A stretch of DNA of 64,000 nt from Candidatus Bathyarchaeota archaeon (GCA_963771885.1 CAVYVF010000007.1:32001-96000); one strand, 5' to 3'. Shown: positions 52,459 to 63,347, counted from the first letter of the stretch. Notes: generated by a model not told the origin, from the sequence alone. A program made the numbers and translations.

Positions 52459-53109
52459 ATGAAAATACGTGCGCTGCTTTTCGATATGGATGGAACTCTC
52501 ACCGACTCGGAGCCCGCATGGTTCGACGCGTGCAATGATATGCTAATGCATTACAGGGAAAACAAGATCGGAAAAGAGGCGTATGAGCGCGACTTCGTCG
52601 GGACCACAGTAATTAAAAACATCGAAAAACTGTTCCCAGATTTTTCTCCGGAGGAACTGAAGCAGGCTGAGGAGAGGTACAAGGATGAATTCGAAAAGAG
52701 ACTTGACCAGATCCAGATAAAGGAGAACTCCATCGATGTGCTTGAACTCGTGAAGAAGAAAAACCTAAAGTGCGGGCTTGTAACGAACACGCCACGCAGA
52801 ATCGTGAACAAGGTTCTAAAGAAATTCGGCATCGACAGATTCTTTCAAGCAATCGTTTGCGAAGGCGATACCACGAGGGCAAAGCCTTTTCCAGACCCGG
52901 TTCTAAGAGGTTGCGAACTGTTATCGGTTCTTCCGGATGAAACCATCCTAATTGAGGACAGCGTGACTGGAGTCACAGCCGGAAAGGCGGCGGGTTGCTT
53001 TACGGTCGCGGTGACCGCAGTGATGAGAAAAGAGTTGTTGAAGGAAGCAGGCGCCGATATTGTGCTTGACGACATCGGCCAACTCTCCCAAATTTTAGCA
53101 GATGTGTAA
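52459..53109 (+). CDS. HAD-family phosphatase
   Basis: FDMDGTLTDS, VTN, KPFPD, IEDS. Confidence 0.92.
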   Translation: MKIRALLFDMDGTLTDSEPAWFDACNDMLMHYRENKIGKEAYERDFVGTTVIKNIEKLFPDFSPEELKQAEERYKDEFEKRLDQIQIKENSIDVLELVKKKNLKCGLVTNTPRRIVNKVLKKFGIDRFFQAIVCEGDTTRAKPFPDPVLRGCELLSVLPDETILIEDSVTGVTAGKAAGCFTVAVTAVMRKELLKEAGADIVLDDIGQLSQILADV

Positions 53110-53427
53110 ACACGCGTTAGTGTGCTAATATATGCGTGTGAGATTCTTGGGGGCCCACGTGAACGTTGTGGTTCGACCTCGTGGTGTGTGGAGAAATGAC
53201 CGGCCTTTAGCGCCGCCACATTCACAGTCCTTCTCGGACGCACCCCACTCTCGAATCGAACATAGATCGTTAACACATATAAGATTCACGTAACAGTTAT
53301 CAGAACCAATTATCAGAATAATACCAACTACCACTGCATCGAGGCAAGATTCCCACGCTCGTAGTTCAATAGGCTTCGCCCGCAAAGGCTACATGTAATT
53401 TAATAAACATGAATCCTAAGAGACACT

Positions 53428-55188
53428 ATGAAAAAACCTGTCTGCAAAGGACTACGTGACGAAACCATAAACATCCTAATTGGAGGAGAAGCCGGACAGG
53501 GGATCACCAGAAGCGGGAACCTCCTAAGCCATGCATTGCTAAAGTCTGGATTGCACATTTTTGGAACAAACGAGTACCCTTCACTCATACGAGGAGGCCA
53601 TAACTATTACCAACTTAGAACATCAACAAGACCAGTCTACGCCCAAACCGAAAACATTGACATCCTCATTGCCCTCAACAAAGAAACAATCACCCTCCAC
53701 GAGCCCGAGATTAACCCCGGTGGAGACCTCTTAATCGATGAAACAATCAATATTACTCCTGAAGAGTTGGGGCGGAAAGACCTCCACATCTACAAGGTAC
53801 CGATGACCTCCACGGTCAAAGAACTTGGAGGCCCCGAAATTATGAGAAACACGGTCGCCTTAGGTGCAATTTTCTGTCTGTTGAACTTGGATAAAGTCAA
53901 TCTAGACGAGGTGGTAACAAGCACATTCTCCAAACCAGAGGTTCGCGATATGAACCTCAAGGCGGTAGACCGAGGTTACCAATGTGTAAAAAACGAGTCA
54001 AACAACTTTAACTGCGTCATCAATACCCCAAACAAATCTAATAGAATAATTGTGACTGGGAACGAGGCACTCTCCCTCGGAGCAGTATCAGCTGGACTCA
54101 GGTTCTTCGCCGCTTACCCAATGACCCCTGCTAGCCCCATTTTGGACTGGATGGTTGCGAATGGCCCTAAATCGGGAGTGATAGCGATTCAAGCTGAAAG
54201 CGAGATAGCCGTCATCAACATGGTTGTTGGGGCAAGCTATGCAGGAGTTCGAGCAATGACGGCTACTAGCGGAGGTGGCTTTAGCCTCATGACTGAGGGG
54301 CTCGGATTCGCTGCTATGTCGGAGAACCCCATAGTGATCAACATAGGGCAACGCCCCGGGCCAAGTACAGGTCTAGCGACGCACAGCAGTCAAGGTGACC
54401 TATTATTTGCTATTCATGCAAGCCAAGGCGAGTTTCCGAGAATTGTGCTCGCCCCCGGCGACATAGAGGAGTGCTTTACATTGACAAAACAAGCATTCAA
54501 TCTTTCAGAGAAGTACCAAATACCCGCAATTATATTGACCGACAAGTATCTGGCCGAGAGCGAACGAGACGTAGAACAATTCGATGAGACCTCGGTTCCA
54601 ATAGATAGAGGAAAAATGTACAACGTCCAAGAATGGAGTGGGGAATACAAGAGATATCTCGTTACCGATGACGGCGTCTCACCTAGGCTCATCCCAGGCA
54701 CCAGTGGCGCATTAATCAACTCGACCTCAAATGAACATAAAGAATCAGGCTTCTCAACATCTGCCCCCCGCGAGGTCACTGCTATGGTGAACAAGAGGCT
54801 CAGAAAGACGCCATTCATCGCTGAAGACGTCAACAAGCTTAACCCTGTAAAAAACATGGGAGATGAAGACGCCGAGGCCACGGTCTATAGTTGGGGAGGA
54901 AATAAGGGGCCTATCCTCGAAGCGATGAGATTATTAAGAGACGAAGGAGTGAAAATCAGATACACTCAAGTCGTTTACCTTGAACCCTTCCCAACTAAGA
55001 TAATGCAAGAGGACCTCCAAAAAACCACGAAAAACATACTTTTCGAATGTAACGCCACCGCCCAACTAGGGCAACTCGTAAAGATGCACACAGGCTATAC
55101 ATTCCAACACATTGGTCTTAGATACGACGGCAGACCCTTCAACCCCTCTGACATAGTCAAGAAAGTTAAGGAGGTAGTCAACAGATGA
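53428..55188 (+). CDS. korA: 2-oxoacid:ferredoxin oxidoreductase alpha subunit (fused gamma-alpha)
   Basis: GGEAGQG, IRGGH, AYPMTPA, TSGGGF, RPGPSTG. Confidence 0.92.
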   Translation: MKKPVCKGLRDETINILIGGEAGQGITRSGNLLSHALLKSGLHIFGTNEYPSLIRGGHNYYQLRTSTRPVYAQTENIDILIALNKETITLHEPEINPGGDLLIDETINITPEELGRKDLHIYKVPMTSTVKELGGPEIMRNTVALGAIFCLLNLDKVNLDEVVTSTFSKPEVRDMNLKAVDRGYQCVKNESNNFNCVINTPNKSNRIIVTGNEALSLGAVSAGLRFFAAYPMTPASPILDWMVANGPKSGVIAIQAESEIAVINMVVGASYAGVRAMTATSGGGFSLMTEGLGFAAMSENPIVINIGQRPGPSTGLATHSSQGDLLFAIHASQGEFPRIVLAPGDIEECFTLTKQAFNLSEKYQIPAIILTDKYLAESERDVEQFDETSVPIDRGKMYNVQEWSGEYKRYLVTDDGVSPRLIPGTSGALINSTSNEHKESGFSTSAPREVTAMVNKRLRKTPFIAEDVNKLNPVKNMGDEDAEATVYSWGGNKGPILEAMRLLRDEGVKIRYTQVVYLEPFPTKIMQEDLQKTTKNILFECNATAQLGQLVKMHTGYTFQHIGLRYDGRPFNPSDIVKKVKEVVNR

Positions 55189-56036
55189 GCACCTCTGAGT
55201 TTGACACAGGAGAAAAAATCACCTGGTGCCCTGGCTGTGGCAACTTCGGTATACTAAACGCTGTGAAACAGGCTCTCCAGCAACTCGGTCTTCCCCAGGA
55301 AAAAGTTGTAGAGGTCTCAGGGATTGGCTGCCACGGGAAAATTACTGATTATGTCAAAGTAAACACGCTACATGTTATCCATGGTAGGGTGCTACCAGCG
55401 GCAACTGCGATAAAATTAGTTAACCACGAACTAACAGTCATCGGAAACGCGGGAGACGGCGATGCGTTTGGGATAGGGCTCGGACACTTTGCCCACGCTG
55501 CGCGAAGAAACATCCCCATCACATACTTAACACATGATAACATGGTCTACGGGTTGACTACCGGACAAACGAGCCCAACTAGTCAACCAGGTTTTAAAAC
55601 GAAGACATCGCCGCAAGGTGTATTCGAGGAAGCAATCAACCCCATTGCGCAGGCCCTCGCAGCTAACACAAGCTTTGTGGCAAGGGGCTACGCTGGTGAC
55701 TTGAAACAGCTTGTAGAAATCTTGAAACAAGCGCTAACCTGGAGGGGTTTCAGCTTCATAGACATCCTTCAACCCTGCGTCACCTTCAACAAGTTAAACA
55801 CATACGAGTATTATCAGAAACGCGTATACCGGCTGGAGGAAATTGATTATGACCCAACAGATATTGAATCTGCAATAAAAAAGTCCTATGAGTGGAGTGA
55901 CAAGATACCCTTAGGAATCATATACAAACAGGAAAGGCCAACTTACCTCGAAGCATTTCCCCAACTAAAAGAAGGCGCTTTAACATTCCAACAATTGAGA
56001 CCTTCCATCAAGGACTTGTTAGAAGAGTACAGATAG
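55185..56036 (+). CDS. korB: 2-oxoacid:ferredoxin oxidoreductase beta subunit
   Basis: WCPGCG, SGIGC, HGR, GDGD, YGLTTGQ, QPCVTF. Confidence 0.92.
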   Translation: MSTSEFDTGEKITWCPGCGNFGILNAVKQALQQLGLPQEKVVEVSGIGCHGKITDYVKVNTLHVIHGRVLPAATAIKLVNHELTVIGNAGDGDAFGIGLGHFAHAARRNIPITYLTHDNMVYGLTTGQTSPTSQPGFKTKTSPQGVFEEAINPIAQALAANTSFVARGYAGDLKQLVEILKQALTWRGFSFIDILQPCVTFNKLNTYEYYQKRVYRLEEIDYDPTDIESAIKKSYEWSDKIPLGIIYKQERPTYLEAFPQLKEGALTFQQLRPSIKDLLEEYR

Positions 56037-56177
56037 AAAGTGTGACCCATAGGAAACGCAAGCAGTCATCCATGCGCGCGATTAGAAGGTTTGACCTTGT
56101 GACCCGCGAGCACGTGTTAGGGTCTAGTTACTTCTTAACGTTTAATAACGTTCCTCCGGAATAGTACTCGATCAAGT

Positions 56178-56480
56178 ATGAGGGTCTACGAGGAAGTTAT
56201 GAGTAAGATCATCGTTGACGCGATGGGAAACGAGATCGGGAAGGTAGATGACGTCGAAATCGATCTTGAATCTAAGAAGGTCGAGGCCATAATAGTAAAG
56301 GGCAAGGGTATGCTAACTAAGCAATTTCAAGCCGAGAAGCTCGCCTCCATCATGAAGAGGCTAAGGATCTCCAAGACCGAGGATCTTCTCATTCCTTTCG
56401 ACGAGGTCCAAGCCATAGGTAAATACATCGTGCTAAAGAGCACTATCGAGGACGCGGGCACGCCTCCGACCACTGAGTAA
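56178..56480 (+). CDS. PRC-barrel domain protein
   Basis: GNEIGKVDDVEID..IPFDEVQAIGKYI. Confidence 0.85.
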   Translation: MRVYEEVMSKIIVDAMGNEIGKVDDVEIDLESKKVEAIIVKGKGMLTKQFQAEKLASIMKRLRISKTEDLLIPFDEVQAIGKYIVLKSTIEDAGTPPTTE

Positions 56481-56602
56481 CCATGCGCGTGCGCAGGCCA
56501 GACTCTTGTCCCTGTCCCCATTAACCTAATTCTATATACTGTAATACGCGTCACGTATCTAGTTTAAAAAAGGGTAGAACCAATTCATACCGGTCTCCCC
56601 CG

Positions 56603-57973
56603 ATGCATGCATCCGAGAAGACGTACGACGTCGTCATAATAGGTGGCGGCCCGGCTGGTTACATCGCCGCGAATAAGGCAGCGCAACGCGGCGCAAGCGT
56701 GGCGCTCATCGAGAAGGACATTCTCGGCGGCACATGCGTCAACCGGGGTTGCGTCCCTACCAAGGCTTTGGTTAACATAGTCAAGTGGAAGGGTACCTCC
56801 GAGAAGCTGACGCGATTCGGCATCTCCGCTGACGCGTCGAACCTCAGCCTCGGCAAAGTTATGGACGAGGCGAGGCGCGTCTCCTCGGAGATTCGCAGCC
56901 AGATTCAGGAGATGATCGAGCACAACGGTGTTATAGTCTATAATGGCGTCGGGCGTCTCGTCGGAGAGCGCCTCGTCGAGGTGGAGTCGGGGAGCGCCAA
57001 GACCCGCCTCTCGGCGAAGGCAGTCATAATCGCCACTGGTTCTAGCCCCTTCATACCTCCGATCCCCGGCGCAGACTCGCCTGGAGTCTATACCAGCGAC
57101 AACGTCTACGTCCTCAACGACCTCCCCAAGCGCCTCACCGTCATCGGCGCGGGCGCCGTCGGCCTCGAGTGGGCCTCCATCTTCCACGGACTCGGCTCCG
57201 AGGTCAATATCATCGAGATGCTTGGCGACATCCTTCCTCGTGAGTCTGGTGACGAGGTCAAGATAATGCTAAGGGAGATGATGGAGGAGTCCGGCGTCAC
57301 CATCCTCACCGCCACGAAGGTCAACAAGATAGAGAAAACGGCGGACGGGCTGCGTGCCGTCCTCACGAGCGGGGTGAGCGTCGACTCAGACATCATCCTC
57401 ATGGCCGGCGGCAGGGCGACAAACAACAAGGGGCTGGGAATAGAGAACTACGCCGATATGGAGAGGGGCTTCGTCAAGGTCGACGGTGGGATGAGGACAC
57501 GTTCCCCGTGGCTATACGCTATCGGCGACTCCGTGGGGAAGTGGATGCTCGCCCACGTTGCAATGCACGAGGGGCTCATAGCGGGGGAGAACGCCACGGG
57601 AGGCGACGCGCAGATTAGCTACACAGCGGTGCCCCGCTGCGTCTTCACGGCGCCCGAGATAGCCTTCGTTGGAGTAGATGAGGATGAGGCGGAGAAGCTC
57701 GGCTTCGAGCCACGCTCTGTCCTCTATCCGATGAGGATTAACTGTAGGGCCCTGACGCTTGGGGAGAACAGGGGAATGATAAAGCTCGTCTACGGAGCCA
57801 AGGATAGAGTGGTGGTTGGTGCCCAGATGCTTGGTCCTGATGTCAGCGAGCTGGCGGCCGAGGTCTCACTCGCGATAGTCAAGCGAGCCACACTCGATGA
57901 CCTGCGTAAGACTATTCATGCACATCCAACGCTCGGCGAGGCTATCTGGGAGTCTAGTCTTAGAGCCCCATGA
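56603..57973 (+). CDS. lpdA: Dihydrolipoamide dehydrogenase
   Basis: GGGPAG, GGTCVNRGCVPTK, GAGAVG, HAHPTLGE. Confidence 0.9.
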   Translation: MHASEKTYDVVIIGGGPAGYIAANKAAQRGASVALIEKDILGGTCVNRGCVPTKALVNIVKWKGTSEKLTRFGISADASNLSLGKVMDEARRVSSEIRSQIQEMIEHNGVIVYNGVGRLVGERLVEVESGSAKTRLSAKAVIIATGSSPFIPPIPGADSPGVYTSDNVYVLNDLPKRLTVIGAGAVGLEWASIFHGLGSEVNIIEMLGDILPRESGDEVKIMLREMMEESGVTILTATKVNKIEKTADGLRAVLTSGVSVDSDIILMAGGRATNNKGLGIENYADMERGFVKVDGGMRTRSPWLYAIGDSVGKWMLAHVAMHEGLIAGENATGGDAQISYTAVPRCVFTAPEIAFVGVDEDEAEKLGFEPRSVLYPMRINCRALTLGENRGMIKLVYGAKDRVVVGAQMLGPDVSELAAEVSLAIVKRATLDDLRKTIHAHPTLGEAIWESSLRAP

Positions 57974-58133
57974 CGCGAAACCCGCTCTTTTCACTCATTT
58001 TGCCTCGTTCCCTGCATCTTGTTCCATATTTATTGAAAGGACTTGAAGTGCGTGCTGCAACCATAGGCGCATGAATCGCGCACTAAACATAAGGATAAAA
58101 TAACAGTCCACATTCATTTTAAAATGACCACAT

Positions 58134-58235
58134 ATGCCGTGTAAATGCAAAGATTGTGGCGAAGTCTTCCCGAGTGCTAAGAAAAGAGATGAACACATAG
58201 CTAAAGCACACCCGGAGAAGAAAAAGCCAAAATAG
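58134..58235 (+). CDS. 33-aa C2H2 zinc-finger microprotein
   Basis: MPCKCKDCGEVFPSAKKRDEHIAKAHPEKKKPK*: C-x2-C-x3-F-x8-H-x4-H; below ORF-track cutoff. Confidence 0.7.
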   Translation: MPCKCKDCGEVFPSAKKRDEHIAKAHPEKKKPK

Positions 58236-58399
58236 AACCCTACATATAGCCCACTTCAGAAGCTGGGGCTGAAATTTTTTCAATTACTCACCTAAATTAT
58301 GCAAAGGAGGTCTTATAACCCGCTGATTTATTCTCAGCGACGCGCGCTCGAGAGCCTCTTATTAGCCTCCTAAGCATAGTTCAGGTTGGGTGGACCAAG

Positions 58400-59566
58400 T
58401 TACCCACGAACCTCCCACCGCTGGCGAAGGAGAAGTGGAACGAGGTCACCCTCACACGCAACCCCGAGGAACGTCTACGCCTCATGGAGGAGTTCCTCCG
58501 ACTTGTACCCAAACACCACGGAACCGACCGGATGATAAGCCAGGTCAAGAAGCAGATGGCGATCCTCCGAGAGGACATTGACAAGAAGAAGAAACAGCAG
58601 AAGACAGGGAGCGCTTCCTCCTACTTCGTCCCAAAGGCTGGGGCGGCGCAAGTCGCCGTAGTCGGGCCGACGAACGTGGGGCGAAGCAGCCTACTGCGGG
58701 CCGTCACGAACGCCCAGGTAGAGGTCACCCCATACCCCTATGGGACGAAAGCACCCGTACCCGGTATGCTTCCCTTCGAGGACATACAGTTCCAGCTCGT
58801 CGAGGTCCCAGCTCTAGTCGAGGGGAGCAGCGAGGGGCGCGCTGATGGCTTCATGAAGCTCAGCGTCGCCCGAAACGCGGATGCGGTAATAATCGTCGTT
58901 GACGTGCGTGATGACCCCGCCGGCAACTTCCTCATGATCGCGGGGGAACTGGCGAACAGCAGGATACTCGTCGCTCCCCCGGAGGGTGAGGTGGAGATAG
59001 AGAAGAGATCCGGAACTCAGATTCAGTTCCTATGGGAGGGTGAGCTCGTCGACTGTTCCACCGAGGAGGTGATCGCTCTGCTCAACGGATACAAGATTCG
59101 CAGCGCCCTCGTCAAGATCAAGGGAAGGGTAAACATGGAGGCCGTCGAGGACGCGATCTTCGGCAACACAGTCTACCGCCCCACCCTCGTACTCGCCAAT
59201 AAGTCGGACCTCCGCCCCGACCGCCAGTTGATGGAGCAGCTAAGGGTGGCAGCTGAGCCCCTCGAGGTAATAGTCGCTTCTGCCGAGCACACCTCCGGCT
59301 TGGCGAAGATACTGGGCGAAAAGCTCTTCAAGCTCCTCAACGTGACGCGCATCTACACAAGGGAGCCGGGAAAGGAGCCCGCGAAGGTCCCTATGGTCTT
59401 CAAGGGGGCAGTCACCGTCGGGGAGCTAGCTCTCACAATCCACAACGACTTTTACAGGAACTTCAAGTACGCTCGCATATCTGGCCCCGCTGCCAAGTTT
59501 CCAAATGAGAAGGTTGGGCTAGACCGGAAGCTTACCGACGGAACGATCATTCAGCTGCGTGCCTGA
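58400..59566 (+). CDS. DRG/Obg-family GTPase with TGS domain
   Basis: PKHHGT, GPTNVGRSS, PYGT, NKSD, TGS tail; frame extends to (L)PTNLP at TTA 58400. Confidence 0.88.
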   Translation, partial: LPTNLPPLAKEKWNEVTLTRNPEERLRLMEEFLRLVPKHHGTDRMISQVKKQMAILREDIDKKKKQQKTGSASSYFVPKAGAAQVAVVGPTNVGRSSLLRAVTNAQVEVTPYPYGTKAPVPGMLPFEDIQFQLVEVPALVEGSSEGRADGFMKLSVARNADAVIIVVDVRDDPAGNFLMIAGELANSRILVAPPEGEVEIEKRSGTQIQFLWEGELVDCSTEEVIALLNGYKIRSALVKIKGRVNMEAVEDAIFGNTVYRPTLVLANKSDLRPDRQLMEQLRVAAEPLEVIVASAEHTSGLAKILGEKLFKLLNVTRIYTREPGKEPAKVPMVFKGAVTVGELALTIHNDFYRNFKYARISGPAAKFPNEKVGLDRKLTDGTIIQLRA

Positions 59567-59601
59567 AGCCCGTTAAATATCGACACCGTCACAGTTACAC
59601 C

Positions 59602-59961
59602 ATGGTCAACCTCGGACTCGACCACGTACACCTCTACGTCAAGGACTTGGAAGAGGCGCTTACATTCTATCGGATGATTGGGCTGGAGTTCGTCGAGTAC
59701 ACGAGCCACGGCGGTAAGGCGGCTATGATGAGGGTGCCTGGCTCGCCCGTCCAGTTTGAGATACAGGAGACACGTGTCATTGAGAACCCGGGGCTCAACC
59801 ACCTTGCCTTCCTAGTCGATGATCTCGATGACCTCTGCGACAGCTACAAGGCAAACGGTGTCGATGTGGACGGTCCCCTCGATAACAAGGCTACGGGGCG
59901 ACGCCTCGCCACCATTAGGGATCCTCACGGGTTCCTAATACAGCTCGTTCAGAGGGCGTGA
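59602..59961 (+). CDS. VOC/glyoxalase-family protein
   Basis: LDHVHLYVKD, NHLAF, RDPHG. Confidence 0.88.
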   Translation: MVNLGLDHVHLYVKDLEEALTFYRMIGLEFVEYTSHGGKAAMMRVPGSPVQFEIQETRVIENPGLNHLAFLVDDLDDLCDSYKANGVDVDGPLDNKATGRRLATIRDPHGFLIQLVQRA

Positions 59962-60879
59962 CTACCTCCGCCTTAGGCGTGCCATGCGCCTCTCGTAGAC
60001 ATTCACGGCGCTGATTTTTCCCTTCTTGTCCGTGGCGAAGACAACCTCGTAGGTCCCGAAGTCACCAAACGTGAAGGCGTCGACACCACAAGGCTTTAGA
60101 GGCAACTCCTTACTGCCGCTTGTCGCCAACGCGATGTGTAGCCGTCCTTCCTTAACGTAGACCTCGGCGGAGTTCTCCTTCGAGGTATACTGCCCCACGT
60201 ACTTTTCGGGTTGTTTCGGCGCAGGTGTCTCGGCATAGCTGAACCGCTCTGGCTAAGCATCCACTTGTACAGCCTCTCGTTAAGGTAGGTTTCGCTCCAG
60301 CTGTCATGGTCCGCTTCTGGGTAGACCGTGTACTTGACGTTCCCATACTTCCTCAGAGCCTTCTTCATGTCGTCGGAGTGCTTGATGGGCACGACGCTGT
60401 CCTTCGCGCCGTGGAATATCCAGGTGGGCATATGGCGCAGCTTCCACGCCGAAGCGGGGTCGCCCCGCCCACAGATGGGGGCGATGGCCGCGAATAGTTC
60501 GGGGTACCTCGAAGCGGTCTCCCAGGTACCATAGCCTCCCATACTCAGCCCAGTGAGATAGACACGCTCCGGGTCGACCCTCAAGGAGGAGATAAGCTCC
60601 CTCGTTAACCCGGCGACCATGTCCGGTGACCACCATTCACCGAGGGCGAGTTGGGGCGACGCGACTATGAATGGGTACTTCTTCCCCGCCTGGATGAGCT
60701 TCGGTGGTCCATGTACCTTGACGAGTTCGAGGTCGTTGCCTCGTTCACCCGCGCCATGCAGGAAGATGAGTGAGAGGCCAAACCCCTCCGTTCGGCTCGT
60801 AACCCTCGGGGAGGTAGAGTAGGTACCTCATTTCCCTCGAAAAGGTTCGCTTCGCCTGCTTCGTGGATGTTTTTACCAT
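59962..60879 (-). CDS. Alpha/beta-hydrolase (predicted esterase/peptidase), several frameshifts
   Basis: FLHGAGERG, GLSMGG nucleophile elbow, FHGAKD, HDSW. Confidence 0.8.
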
Positions 60880-61126
60880 TGCATAAATGTCTATTCAACT
60901 TAGCATAAGTGTTGCCACGAAGGAATTTGCGTGAGATACTTGACGAAGAAAAACAGTCTAATCTGTTTGATTTCGGATTTAGTTGGTAATGATTTCATAG
61001 AGTAATTAAGTGAAGCCTAGCAATTCTTTGACATTTTCATATGAACCACACAGAAATCTTATTATTAAATCCCTTAATAATAACCAACACCATCCAATAC
61101 CGTACTAAAGACCAGCTGGACTCCTT

Positions 61127-63025
61127 ATGGATCTGAAGCGGTTACGAGATATTATTATCGGCGCACCACTTAGAACCCTAGAATACGGGGAGCGACAGCT
61201 GAATAAGCTGCGAGCGCTAGCGGCACTTTCGCCTGATTCACTCTCCTCAATCGCTTACGCAAACCAGGAGATATACATCGCGTTAGCGGCTGCCGGAGCA
61301 ATCGGGTTATCGATGTCTTTTACGATAACTCTAGCCATTATAGCCATACTCATAATACTAACCCTCTCCTACTACCAGACTATCCACGGGTACCCATCAG
61401 GAGGGGGATCATACACAGTTGCCCGTGAAAACCTCGGCGAGAAAGCAGGCCTAGTCGCAGCTATGGCTCTAGTTATAGACTACATACTAGTGGTAGCCGT
61501 TAGCCTTACTGCGGGGGTTGAAGCCATCGGGTCAGCATTCCCCGCGTTACTTCCACATCGCATTGAGGTTTCACTGTTAATCCTCATCGTGCTTGTGATC
61601 ATAAACTTACGAGGTGCACGCGAAGCTGGTACTGTAATGGCTGTTCCTGTTTACCTATTCTTATTCACATACATCCCCATGCTCGCATACGGGGCTTGGA
61701 TCGCCATGATTGAGGGTCCGGGTAACCTCGCAGCCGTTGCTCCCCCCGCGCTAGAACCACTTACCCTCGTACTGCTATTACACGCCTTCTCCTCCGGGTG
61801 CACAGCTTTAACCGGGGTCGAGGCGATAAGCAATGCTGTCCCAGCATTCGAGGAACCCAAATCGAAGAATGCAGGTAAAACTCTAATTGTTATGTCTTTT
61901 ATCGTAGGATTGCTCTTCATAGGCAGCACGGGGCTCACACAATATCTTGCAGTCATCCCCATGGGCCATGAGACCATCCTATCAGCACTATCACACCGCA
62001 TCCTCGGAGAAGGACCGCTGTATATCCTAATTCAAATATCTACATTGCTAATACTTGCGGTAGCGGCAAACACGAGTTTCACAGATTTTCCACGTGTTGC
62101 AGCTCTGCTAGCAAAAGACAGCTACATTGCCCGACAGCTATCAAATCTTGGTGACAGACTCGTATTCTCAAATGGGATCTTACTGCTCTCAGCCATAGCC
62201 GCCATCCTAATAATCGCTTTCAACGGTCAATCTCACCCGCTCGTTCCCCTCTTCGCAGTAGGTGCATTCCTCTCCTTCACTCTTTCACAGGCGGGTATGG
62301 TCGTTCACTGGTGGAGGATCAGGGGACGATACTGGCAATGGAAATCCATAATCAATGGAGTGGGCTCCTTCACTACCCTATCTGCACTCACAATTATAGG
62401 AGTAAGCAAATTCGTCGACGGTGCCTGGATGACGTTCATCATCATTCCAATAGGCGTCATCGCGTTCCTGCGTATACGCCAGTACTATAGAGAATTCGAC
62501 ATCCAGATGTCGCCAATTGCCATCGAGCACCTCCCGAGGCTTGGTAGATCTCTTGAGCGTGCTGCAATACCCGTTTCGCACATCAACCAGGGGACCGTCG
62601 ATGCTGTCGTCTTAGCCAGCAGGATAGCGGGAGAAGTCATAGGCGTACACATTGAAGTCACTGAGGGGAGTGGTGCCCCACTAGAAGCTGAGTGGAAGAG
62701 TCTTTGGCCAAAAATACCATTCTTCATCGTCCCCTCACCTTACCGATCAGTGACCGAACCACTGATCGAATTCCTTGAAAAAAGCGACATGATGAATAGC
62801 TGGGAGCCGACCGCAGTCGTGTTACCCGCATTTGTTACTGAGAAGTGGTGGCAAGCAGTTCTTCATAACCAGACGACATGGTGGATCAGGCAGGCAGTCC
62901 TCGAAGCTAATCGAATCTCAGGAGTTGAGCGTGCAATAATCGAGGTGCCTCATCTTCTACAGCACAGAGAATTTAATCCAACACAGTTATTTGACAATGG
63001 GAAGCATTCAGAATCCCCAAATTAA
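61127..63025 (+). CDS. APC-superfamily permease, KimA/YdaO-like K+ importer
   Basis: DSLSSIAYA, YPSGGGSY, DYILVVAVS, LTGVEAISN, soluble C-terminal domain with LHNQT. Confidence 0.85.
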   Translation: MDLKRLRDIIIGAPLRTLEYGERQLNKLRALAALSPDSLSSIAYANQEIYIALAAAGAIGLSMSFTITLAIIAILIILTLSYYQTIHGYPSGGGSYTVARENLGEKAGLVAAMALVIDYILVVAVSLTAGVEAIGSAFPALLPHRIEVSLLILIVLVIINLRGAREAGTVMAVPVYLFLFTYIPMLAYGAWIAMIEGPGNLAAVAPPALEPLTLVLLLHAFSSGCTALTGVEAISNAVPAFEEPKSKNAGKTLIVMSFIVGLLFIGSTGLTQYLAVIPMGHETILSALSHRILGEGPLYILIQISTLLILAVAANTSFTDFPRVAALLAKDSYIARQLSNLGDRLVFSNGILLLSAIAAILIIAFNGQSHPLVPLFAVGAFLSFTLSQAGMVVHWWRIRGRYWQWKSIINGVGSFTTLSALTIIGVSKFVDGAWMTFIIIPIGVIAFLRIRQYYREFDIQMSPIAIEHLPRLGRSLERAAIPVSHINQGTVDAVVLASRIAGEVIGVHIEVTEGSGAPLEAEWKSLWPKIPFFIVPSPYRSVTEPLIEFLEKSDMMNSWEPTAVVLPAFVTEKWWQAVLHNQTTWWIRQAVLEANRISGVERAIIEVPHLLQHREFNPTQLFDNGKHSESPN

Positions 63026-63119
63026 GTATTATTTCAAGTTTAGTTTAGTTACTTAGAATTATATGAGGTTGCGAAAACCCTTATATTAAACGAGCCTATG
63101 GTAAATCCGTAACTCAACT

Positions 63120-63347
63120 TTGTTTGAGTGGCTTAGAAGAGTCTTCGGAAAGGCAAAATTTAGTAAAGACGGGTTAAAGCGCCGCACCACCTGTCGAATT
63201 TGCACATTCCTCGACGGGTTAACGCCAAATACGCAGATAACTCTTTGCAAAGCATGCGACGAGTTTCTCGGAAGTAATGTGCTTGAGTTTTCAAACTCAT
63301 TAAGGTACAGGCTGTTACTCGATGCAAGCTCCGTAACGCGTGAATAG
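63120..63347 (+). CDS. Small hypothetical protein with CxxC...CxxC
   Basis: CRIC..CKAC in a 75-aa ORF. Confidence 0.45.
   Translation: MFEWLRRVFGKAKFSKDGLKRRTTCRICTFLDGLTPNTQITLCKACDEFLGSNVLEFSNSLRYRLLLDASSVTRE

Noticed and set aside
4231..60879. Many frameshifts read as mass pseudogenisation or programmed frameshifting
   Set aside because: They are scattered single-base indels, often in short homopolymers, and hit a normally essential gene (FEN1). No shared slippery motif was seen. Long-read error is the simplest explanation.
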